A DNA stretch of 64,000 nt from Gracilinanus agilis (lineage: Eukaryota), in the NCBI RefSeq assembly GCF_016433145.1, contig NC_058130.1:710306371-710370370 (forward strand). The letters run 5' to 3'. The notes under the pieces are model-generated. The model was given only the letters and a program-made list of their open reading frames with translations. It did not search any database and was not told the DNA's origin. A program made the translations under genes and the position numbers. This document shows, one piece after another, positions 50,291 to 64,000 of this stretch. Numbering within the stretch: the stretch's first letter is position 1; each line of letters starts with the position of its first letter.

Positions 50291-53200
50291 ATGAGATTTT
50301 AAATGCTCGACCTAAAACAAATAAATTTTAAAAAATGCTCAATCTGATGGTCAGTTCTCAGGCTTCATTCTTCTTGACTTCTCTGCACTGTGGGATATAG
50401 ATGATTGCCCTCTCTTTCAGGAAACTCTTTCTGCTCTAGGGTTTTGCCTTCTTCTGATTCTCTCCCTACCCTTCTGACCTGACCAGTCCTCAGTTTCCTT
50501 TGCTGGATTATCAATCATCTATATCTTATCCTCTAATTGTGGGTGTTCACCCTTTGGGTCCTCCATACACATTGTTCTGGACATTGCTCAGCACTCGTGC
50601 CTTCAGGTATCAATTCTATGGTCACAATTATAAAAGGATTCAGTGGGGTACAGGAGAAAGAGTGTTGAACTTAGAGTGACAGGACTTGAGTTAGCCTTAC
50701 CCCAATGTGTCACTTAACTGCTTATTTTTTGTCAACCAATCAACAAACATTTGTCAAGTTCCTGCTATGTGTCGGGCATTGTGCTAAGTGCTGGGGATAG
50801 ACAGGAAGACAAAAACTATGGCCCCTTTCTTCAAGGAGCTCAAAGTCAAAGGAGGAGAGAGAGCATGCTTTAGCTCCATGATCATATGATTCGCAAACCC
50901 AAATACTAGTCCTGACTGTTCTATAGTGCCAGGAGGTTAAACATTATCAACTTCCTCTTAGATGTCTCCTAGGTTCTTTGAACTCAACAAATCTAAAACA
51001 AAACCTATAGACCTTCCTCTCTAAACCTGACCCTCCTCTGAACTTCCTTTTTTCTGTTGAAGGCACAATTACCCTCCAAAGTACACAGGTTCATAACCTT
51101 AGAGTCATCCTGGACTTCTCACTCTCCCATATCCAGTCAGTCACTAAATCTTGTTATTTCTATCCCCATGACATTTCTTGCAACTATCTCCTTCCCTTCA
51201 CAGATACAACTACCCCCTTGGTTGAGACCCTTATTATCTTTGGCTTAGACTCTTTCAATATCTTCCTACTTGGCAGAGTAACTAGGGTAGAGCAACAAGG
51301 ACTTTTTCCTGGGGCATTAATATAAGCAGGGGAATTATTCCTTCCTTTCAACCTTCCTTTCTCACAAGATAGTCTCCAGACCCAATCCATCATCTACAAA
51401 TCCCATAGTTGTGTGATTCCTGTTTCGGATTGCCTTCCCTTTGCTTTCTCCTTGATTTGAGGATCTTGGGCTTTAAGACGTAGTATGGTCCTTCTGATAA
51501 TCTTTCCTCTCTTCCAGAATAACTGCATCACATTGTGCTGTCCTCTTTGCCAGCACCTCCTTCCCACAAAAGTGAGTTCAGTCTAGGTGCAAGAGTTCTT
51601 GGTTATGGTTCTGCTCATTGGTCTCCTGTTTTCCAGCCTCTTCCCTTTTCAATCCATTCATCCCCTATATAGCTACCAGAATGATTTTCTCAAGTCCTGG
51701 GTCTGACACTTCCCTGCTCAGTTCAAATCAGCCAATATCTATTAAATGCCAGCTCTGCATAAGGCACTCTGATAGCCATTGCAGAAACAAAGGAAACCCC
51801 ATCGCTATCTTCCAAAAAGCTTCCATTCCATTCCAAGAATATCATTGCACCATCAACCAAACAAGCATTTATTAAGCCAGGCACTGTGCCAGCCAACGGG
51901 GACACAAAAAAATAAAATGAGTTTATAGTTAAGGACCTTGTGATCCAAAGGGGAAAGAATGTGCACCCAAAAGTCAATATGTAATCACTGGAAAAGGGAA
52001 GGAGCTCTAACTGGGGTGGAGATCAGGAAATTCAGTCTAATTCAAAAGACATTAATTAAGGACTTACTCATGGCCTGGTACTACACTAGGTGCCAGGGAC
52101 ACAGACAAAAATGAAACAGTACCTGCCATCAGGGAGCTTACATTCTACTTGGAAATATTATTGAAAGGGCTCCTCCAAACACTCAGTAAGAAAATGGTCC
52201 CATATAGTCCCATAAAAACCGTGCTGAATTCTAGAACCTTACAAGCCATTATCAATGAAGTTGGTCCACAGGAATGCAGAAGAGATTGGGCTAATCCCCA
52301 AATCAGAGCATTTTCAGGGCAGGACCCCTCTAGAGGTAGTACCTAACCTGAGACTTGTAGGAAGACAAGGCCAGAAGAGACCAAGGTGAAAAAGGATCTT
52401 CCAGGGAACACCTGTCCCTGGAATCTTAGTCCTAGAAAAAGGGGAAGCATGTCTTACTCTGATTCTGACTCTGAAGCTCCAGCCCTGGAGAGAGAAAACA
52501 ACCTGGTTCTTTCCCTGCAGTCCCATCCCAGGAAGAAGAGCAGAAGGAATGAATATTTTCATGGGAAAAGGGAGAATGGCTTTTGTCCATGTGATGGAGA
52601 ATTTGATGCCATCTCCCTCATTCCCCACTTTTGACACATTCTGGCTCTGTGACTGACTCTGGGAAAGTTACTGGGCAAGTTCTTAATTTATACTATAAGT
52701 TGCAGAGCAGGTGGTGATAGAAGGCATTTTCCTCTCTGGGAATCCTAACAATGAAAACATAGGTGGGGTTCCCTCTCTATTTATTCTTCCTCCCTTATTC
52801 CCCAGGATTCTATTGCAAGCCAGCTCTCAAAGAACTCTGCAGAAGACCAGTATGAATATGGCATATATAAATTAGGGAGGAAAAGTACCAATGGAAAAAA
52901 TGGGTAACACAATATTAATTTATGTTTCTGGTCTTTTTTTATTATAGTTCTAAATTTGCCTGCTCCTTGATCTGGAGGCTAAGATACACGACCTTTCCCC
53001 TAAGATGAAGCCCAGTCCCCAGCTGTCCTTCCATGGCTCAGATCATAAAGCACAAATGTTCTTTCATGGCCCAGATCAGATATGACAAAAAACAAAACCA
53101 CAATGGTTATGGGGGAGGAGTGGAATTTTGAAATCTGTTTATAGGTAGGAGGCTAGGGTGTAGACCTGTGACTTTAGAGATATAGGGAAATGCTAGGTCC

Positions 53201-53644
53201 ATGGTGGAGAACCTATGGCACTGGTACCAGAGGGGGGCACTTAGAGCCCTCTCTGTGGGCACACATGCCATCACCCCAGCACAGAGTTCTCCAGAGTTCA
53301 TTACTAGAAAGCCAGAGGGATCTAGGGCTGGACTGCTCCCCTCCCCCTCTCCATATATGCCTGAGGATATTTCTCACATCACCCACATCTCTAAGAGGGT
53401 CACCATCACTGTTCTAGGTGGTAAAACTCCCCCTACCAAGGCATGTCAACAACTCAGCATTTTCTACCCTTAGAGACTTGCTTAGGGCACTGAGATGCTG
53501 ACTGGTCTGGGGTCACACCAATAGTATATGTTGACTTACCTAGGTCTTTCCTAACTTGAAGTCCACTTCTTATCTCCTATGCCACACTGCCTCTGAGCAG
53601 GCAAAACTGAATAAGCTCAGCCTGCCCAATAAACTACGCTAGTG

Positions 53645-53998
53645 CAGTGATGGGCAACCTTTTGAGCTTGGTGTGTCAAAATTCGCCAAAAAACTGAGCA
53701 TAACTCGGGTGGTGTGTCACTTCAAGAAAAAAACCACAATTTCACAATATTTATAGTTTAAATAACAAAAATGTATAATTGTAATATAGAACTGTATTTA
53801 ATAAACCAAAATAGGTAAATTAATATAGGTAGAATTGTCATCTATAGTGTACACAGTGTCTACACTACACTACAGCAAATGTTTCATCCTTGGCATGTGG
53901 ACCCATACTTTTCTGTATTGGCCACATGCAGCCGCATGTCATCAAAAATGGCTATGTGTGTCCGTGCTGACACACGTGTCATAGGTTTGCCATCACCG
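53645..53998 (-). mobile_element. hAT (Charlie) non-autonomous element, OposCharlie1-like
   Basis: TIRs CAGTGATGGGCAACCT and (reverse complement) CGGTGATGGCAAACCT; 8-bp TSD cgctagtg/ctctagtg. Confidence 0.8.
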
Positions 53999-54223
53999 CT
54001 CTAGTGCTTAGAAAAGGGGCTGTTATTGCCTCACAAGATGCCCTTTTATGAGGGGCCACTAGGTGGCTCAGGAGATAGAGCACCAGGCGTGAATTTGGGA
54101 GGACCTGGATTCAAATTTGATTTCAGACTCTTCCTAGCTGTGTGACCTGGGCAAATCACTTAACCCTATTTTCATAGCCATTGCCCTTCTGTCTTAAGAG
54201 TTGTTACTAGGACAGAAAGTAAA

Positions 54224-54233
54224 GTGTGTGTGT

Positions 54234-54278
<45 letters not shown>
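54224..54278. repeat. (TG)n microsatellite at a SINE tail
   Basis: Direct reading. Confidence 0.9.
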
Positions 54279-54281
<3 letters not shown>

Positions 54282-54449
54282 TTTAATGATTATATGATTC
54301 TATAATATCACCCACCTGAGTATTCTCCCTATTAGTACAGAAGGAATTACCTCCAAAAATCTTTAGGAGACACCCATTGTCTTTAAGTTAAAATGAAACC
54401 CCTCGGTCTAGTATTTGCAATCAGGCTCTCCTCTACTTCTCCATATCAC

Positions 54450-54890
54450 TCTTTATGTTTAAATCATATACCCATTTTGACCTGATCTTGGTATAGAGTG
54501 TGAGATAGTGATCTAAATTTAATTTGCCATACCGTTTTCCAGTTTTCCCAGTTCTTGTCAAATAGTGAGTCCTTATTCCAAAAGCTGAGATCTTTGGGTT
54601 TATCAAACACTAGATTGCTGAAGTCATTTACCCCAAGTCTATTCCATTGATCCACCCTTTTATTTCTTAGCCAGTACCAGATTCTACCGTTATTTGAAAT
54701 GGAATTTCTATTTCTATCTCTTGCTGTTGGATTTTATTGGTAATATAAAGAAATGCTGATGATTTATCTGGGCTTATTTTACATCTTGTAACTTTGCTAC
54801 AGTCTTTAATTGTTTCAATTAGTTTTTTGGTTGATTCTCTAAGTATACCATCATATCATCTGCAAAGAGGGGTATCATTGCCATTTGCAT
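54450..54890 (-). mobile_element. L1 ORF2 fragments (rearranged)
   Basis: DQWNRLG...VFDKPKD...LFDKNWENW and LFADDMMVYLEN (RT core) on the minus strand. Confidence 0.85.
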
Positions 54891-55149
54891 TAATAATAAT
54901 GACCAACACTCCACATTACACGCGGACATGTAATCGATTGCATTATTTCTCAGAAGTCCAGAGCCTCTTCTTCATCCCTGAGATCCCAGAGTCCAGTATC
55001 TGGTCCTAGGGCGCCTCTGATAGTGACTGAGAGAGCCTCCAAAAACCAGAAAGGAGGAAAAGTCTGGGCGTCAAAGTCCCAGAGCTTCAACCCTAGCGAC
55101 CCCTGACTGCCTGCAGGATTCATTTGCTCTTTAGGACCAGGGCCTCTCC

Positions 55150-55760
55150 CAGGGGATGCAAAACTCCGAGGCTCAAGGCAGGACGCCCCTATAGCGGACC
55201 AATGGGAGTGACAGTTAAAGGTTACCTCTTTCGATGGCCAATCAGAACGGACCCCTGCTCTCCGCCCAGGCTCCTTCACTGTGCTAGGCTTGTTTAAAGA
55301 GGCCTGCTCTGTTTGTGAGCGCTGCTAGGCTTCATCAGAGTAAGGTTAGCTGTTGCCCATTTAAGAAGAGACACTCCCGCCCCTTCAGGGCAGAGCCGCT
55401 TACATTCGGACCAATGAAGGGGCAGAAATGTGCTCCTCCCCCTTCAGTACCACTGCATTTTTTGTGGTCCAAATCTAGCTGACTCTCGGACTTTGTAACC
55501 TTACAGGTGATCCCCAGGTGGATTTGGGGCAGGGGGTTCTCCCGGGCGGAGGAACTTGTAGTCCGGTTTTGTAGAAAGTCGCATCCTTTCGGTTTTCCCT
55601 GCTAGGGTAGAAGCGGCCATCCTGACCTGGACTCCAGCGCCCCTTCAAGCCACGTTGTAGTCTTTCCCTCGGGGAAATGGGTCCTCGCTAGGACAGAGTC
55701 TCGGGGCTGAAGTGGGGCAGAAGACCTGGACATTGAGTTTCTCTTCCTCCTTTTCCAGGT
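55150..55760 (+). promoter_or_regulatory. GCDH CpG-rich promoter
   Basis: CCAAT boxes at 55199, 55238 and 55411; GC boxes; GGACTACA (minus, 55557-55564), a ZNF143/THAP11-type ACTACA motif. Confidence 0.7.
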
Positions 55761-55777
55761 AGCCTGCTTTCCTCCCC

Positions 55778-59622
<3,845 letters not shown>

Positions 59623-60825
59623 TAGAAGACATTCCAACTTTCTTCCTGTTTCTTGTCCCTCCCTGTGAGCTTGCGGTCTTGAATGACAGAGGCTAAGACA
59701 AAGTTTGGGTCTCTAGTTTGTTCCCAATATAAAAAAAAATAGGTGTTTATTAAGAATTTACTGTGTGCCAGTGTCAGGTTGAAATAAAAATGTATAGAGA
59801 CGGTCTTTGAAGTAATAGAAAATTTCCCAAAAAGACAAAAATAGCAGCATCCAGAAAATATACCTGTGGGCAGTGTGCAGGGTCTAAGAGGAAAATCAGC
59901 AACAGCCCTCTTTTTGCAGGAAACAAAGTAGTAATTTTTATAGGTATCTAAAAATAGCTCATACATAGATCAACTATTACTGATCATTTATTTTTCAGAA
60001 TTGTCACCCAGTTGTTTCTCCATTGATAATTTTACCAGGACTTAGGTACATGAACAACATTGGCAGAACAATCTATTTAGGTTTGATTCAAATAGGGATT
60101 TGGAAGGAGCTAAAGAATTTTAGGTGATCCTTAGGTATAGGTATATGCTAATACTATACTGTATTACGATTTAACCCTCATTTATTCCTTGCAAACTCCC
60201 CCTTTTGACATTATTTTACAGTATCACTTTCTTTTTTTTTAATACTTACTTTCTAGGTGTTAGAATTGAGACCAAGTATTGATCTGAACCTCCTTACTCC
60301 TGGCCTGGCACCCTATCCATATGGTATCACTTTCTCAGAGAGTTCAGATCTTTTCAAAAGTCATGTTGACTTGTGATTATACAGTTCTTGGATGTGTGTA
60401 TAACCAACATGTCCAGAGTAGCACTATTAATAACAAAACTAATAATATTATAAGGTTGAATCAGAAAATTTAGAACACTATTTACTTTCAAGGAATATCC
60501 TTTAAAATATCCTGTACCATTCCCTAACTCCCAAATGCAATTCGGATACTGGATAATATTAAGAGTTTGGGTGAACATGTGTGTGACATTCAATTAATGT
60601 CTATTTAAACACTGAGTTTCTTATTCTTTCATTTTGGGCTTAGCTATGTAGTTCACGAAATCATCTGCTTCTGGAAGCATTTTCCCTTGGAAATTCTATG
60701 TCAGAGGGGTCTGTTCTAGGCCATTGTCCACAAATTGTTCATTTTGGTCCATTCAGTCATGTATCTCTGAATCACCATCTCATTGTCTTTGACCAGGCTA
60801 ACAGTTATTAACAGTACCTGGAACA

Positions 60826-61195
60826 GGGGCAGCTGAGTGGCTCAGTGGATAGACAGCCAGGTCTGGAGTTGAGTACAAATCTGGCCTTCCTAACTGTGTG
60901 ACCCTGGGCAAGTCACTTAATCCCAGTTGCCTAGCCCTTACTGCTCTTCTGACTTGGAACTAATACTTAGTATCAGTTATAAGACAGAAGGTAAGTGTTT
61001 CAAAACAAACCAAAACAGGGGCAGCTGGGTAGCTCAGTGGATTGAGAGCCAGGCCTAGAAACGGGAGGTCCTGGGTTCAAATCTGACCTCAGACACTTCC
61101 CAGCTGTGTGACCCTGGGCAAGTCACTTGACCCCCATAGCCCACCCTTGAATACACAGAAGTTAAGGGTTTAAAAAAAAAAAACAAAAAAAAAAA
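60826..61195 (+). mobile_element. Two tandem SINE1_Mdo-type SINEs splitting the ERV integrase C-terminus
   Basis: Heads at ~60826 and ~61018; flanking duplication aacagtac(c/t)tggaa. Confidence 0.85.
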
Positions 61196-62540
61196 CAGTA
61201 CTTGGAAAGAACCTTGGTTTTTGGACATATTTGTAGAGGTCTTTCTTCCACTAGACCCATTTTCCAGATTCCAAGCCACCTTAATGCTGCATAAACCCAC
61301 AATGATAAGACTTGGTATGATTTAATGGGACCTTACAAAACCCAGTCACCTTGGCTTTCCAGTAATTAGTTCATGTGATGGAAGCCAGTTCAAATCGCAT
61401 AAAATGAATCTTACAAGGAAGAACATTAAGTTTATCTACTTGTAACTCATCTGAAAGTTCAGGGAGTTTCCATCTTCAGCTCTCATTTTTCCTTTTATCT
61501 TTACCTGGACCCTGTATGTGGTATGAATAAGTCTGAGGAAGAGTCTTAGAGGAAGAAGATCTGTGAGGACCTGCCTATGTAAAATGACCCCATCTGTCTC
61601 TTGAGAGAGAGAGAGAGACGGCGAGAACTCAACAAGATTTTAAAAGTTTCCTGACAACTAATTAAATTAAACAGTCATATCTGTAAAAGCATCAGTCCAA
61701 CTTGAGATCCTATGGACGGCAATGGCTAAAACCTCTCCAAAGCCTGCGTATTTAGGCATTTGGGTGGTAGACTTGTAGACATCTGTGGATGTTCAGATGG
61801 AAGTGAAAGAAATGTAATAGTTTTCTGTTAGCTTCTGGATAAAGTTTAAAATAGATCATTATAGGATCACCACCTTTCCTTGACCTTTTCCATTGTTTTT
61901 CACTAGCCCAACTTCTAAGACTGCTGATACAGTTACAGCTCTCATGAATCCTTTAAGTATATACTTTTACCCAGTGAAAAACACTTGAAAGCTAGTCATA
62001 TGTATCTTAGTTCTCAAGTGGAAACAGTCTAATATTATGGCTTTTCCTGAAGTCAAGTTTACTAATCCATTAAAAACGAAAACTTTTACATATTTATCAC
62101 ATCACAGCTTTACCCTGTGACCATATCATTCAGTTAAGATATGATACATATTATACAAAATATGCCCAGCTAAATACTTGACAGTTTTACTTAAAACAGG
62201 CACAAAATAAAACTAATGGCAAATCACATGACATTCTGAATTATCTTACATAAAAAAATTTCAATCATCTAACAGTTTTGATATTCAAAAAAAAAGTCAC
62301 TAGTTATGTGGTGATTTTGCTTTCTGATCTAAACAAGCCTCCTTTTTTCTCTAAGTTGGAAAAAAAGAGTTAATAATAGGGAGTTCGCCAGAGAAGGCTT
62401 AAAAACTGCAAAATCTGTTTGCTTTTTTCTTTCTCCATTTTTGGATTTCATTGTAGATAAAACTTTTAAATTGGTTTCAGTTCTGTTTATTCTCTAGCTG
62501 GTGAAATCACCTTCTTTCCTTACATTAAAATAATAAATCT

Positions 62541-62755
62541 AGGGGGCAGCTGGGTGGCTCAGTGGATTGAGAGTCAGGCCTAGAGATGGAAAGTTTTGGG
62601 TTCAAATCTAACCTCAGACACTTCTTAGCTGTGTGACCCTGGGCAAGTCATTTAACCCCCATCGCCTAGCCCTTACCACTCTTCTGCCTGGGAACCAATA
62701 CACAGTATTGACTCCAAGAGGTCAGGTAAGGGTTTAAAAAACAAACAAACAAACA
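62541..62755 (+). mobile_element. SINE1_Mdo-type SINE inside the ERV
   Basis: Full head to tail; TSD aataaatct. Confidence 0.88.
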
Positions 62756-63221
62756 ATAAATCTGTCATTCAAGAGAAGAGAGAAAGAGGTCTGCTGTTGA
62801 GATTATATCTTTTGAAAAATTTGAAACTTTCAGCAGAAAAAAGTTCCTACTCTTATTCTGCCAGTTCTTAAGACAATAGGGCTTGTTCACAAATAGTTTG
62901 CCAACTTAGAGACAAAAGTTGGATCTAAAGGACTCAGACATGGACATAGCCATTGCTACTCAGGGAACATGCAAATAGGAGAACATATCCTCAGGTTAAG
63001 GCCTATAATTTCTCCATTGTCCCAGCAGCCATCGCCATAGCGGATGCCACAGGCATTCTGGCATCCTGAAGACAGTGGAGTGGGGTCCAATTAAATTGAG
63101 AAATAAGCTGTGGATTAGTGATATAGCTCTAATCTTGGCACCCCATTTTTTTCATGGAAAAGTAAATGGAAAGGCTTATTAATATCGGATCTTTCTAATG
63201 CTAGAGGAGATGCTTTGGCTC

Positions 63222-63413
63222 TTTTTTTTTTTTTTTAAACCCTTGTACTTCGGTGTATTGGCTCCTAGGTGGAAGAGTGGTAAGGGTGGGCAATGGGGGT
63301 CAAGTGACTTGCCCAGGGTTACACAGCTGGGAAGTGGCTGAGGCCGGGTTTGAACCTAGGACCTCCTGTCTCTAGGCCTGACTCTCACTCCACTGAGCTA
63401 CCCAGCTGCCCCC
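63222..63413 (-). mobile_element. Young SINE1_Mdo-type SINE inside the ERV
   Basis: Same diagnostic variant as 35794-35978; perfect TSD tgctttggctcttt. Confidence 0.9.
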
Positions 63414-63512
63414 TGCTTTGGCTCTTTTAAGGTTAAAAAGTCCTGTTCAGGTTTTCTTTATATTCTAAGGCATTGGAAGAATTATTATGCAGCATCAGAA
63501 TTAAAGACTAAT

Positions 63513-63698
63513 ATAGCAGCTAGGTGGCTCAGTGGATTGAGAGTGAGGCCTAGAAGTAGGAGGTCCTGGATTCAAATGTGGCCTCAGAGACATCCTAGCT
63601 GTGTGACACTGGGCAAGTCACTTAACCCTGTTTGCCCAGCCTTTGCCTTTCTGTCTTGGAGTTCTTACTAAGACAGAAAGTAAGAGTTTAAAAAAAAG
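63513..63698 (+). mobile_element. SINE inside ERV RT
   Basis: Head gcagctaggtggctcagtgg; imperfect TSD gaattaaa..ctaa. Confidence 0.85.
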
Positions 63699-64000
63699 AA
63701 TTAAAACCTAACAATTTCAGGAAAGATGGCAATCCACTGTCTCTAGTAGCCTTATCAAACTGAAAAATTGTGCAGCAATTTTTTAGTATTATGTGGAATC
63801 CTCCTTCTTAGAATTGGTTCACTTGGGGGGGGGGGGAACAATACATTCTTTCCAGTTTCAGAGAAGAAGCATCCTATGTATTTCACCTCTAACAGGCAAT
63901 ATTGTAGCTGGTCCAAGGATACTTCACGTCCTTGTGTAGCTAAGAACCTAAGCAAAGCAAGAGTTTCGATCTTATTTTGTCCTTCAGTTTCAGAAGCTAT

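Larger units (their letters stand above)
60750..64000 (-). mobile_element. Degraded class I ERV pol (RT, connection, integrase), antisense in a GCDH intron
   Basis: Minus-strand translations in retroviral order: IASETEGQNKIETLALLRFLATQGREVSLDQLQYCLLEVKYIG (RT, just after YxDD), ASPLALERSDINKPFHLLFHEKNG and AYFSI*LDP (connection), QMPKYAGF...SSWTDAF, VVRKLLK, SYHIQGPGK, LPSHELITGKP, GSFQVLLIT (integrase). Confidence 0.85.

Noticed and set aside
52149-52637. Three short ORFs between KLF1 and GCDH
   Set aside because: No splice-phase or homology support; flanked by L2/MIR remnants.

Overview
Vertebrate genomic DNA from a didelphid marsupial, most likely the opossum Monodelphis. This assignment rests on SINE1_Mdo-type SINEs, marsupial L1 3' ends and OposCharlie-type hAT elements. 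The window is syntenic with human 19p13.13: MAST1(+), DNASE2(-), KLF1(-), GCDH(+). I reconstructed exon boundaries by hand from GT-AG sites and reading phase. MAST1 coding exons 2-26 span 1146-26392 (exon 1 lies upstream of the window). DNASE2 is complete (6 exons, 351 aa) and KLF1 is complete (3 exons, 353 aa). Three 5' coding exons of GCDH are present and the gene continues past the window. There are no rRNA, tRNA or CRISPR features, and I found no clearly new multi-gene system. The most unusual observations are: (1) a ~10 kb strand-asymmetric degenerate minisatellite filling MAST1 intron 3, starting exactly at the splice donor of a putative internal first exon that carries an RFX X-box; (2) a degraded class I endogenous retrovirus pol (RT, connection, integrase) lying antisense in a GCDH intron and interrupted by five SINEs; (3) two hAT MITEs with TIRs and 8-bp TSDs, one OposCharlie1-like and one nested in a SINE; (4) an L1 beside the DNASE2 exon 4 acceptor that creates an in-frame cryptic 3' splice site; (5) recognisable KLF1 erythroid cis-elements. 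Comparisons with human proteins and repeat consensus sequences are from memory and need confirmation by alignment.
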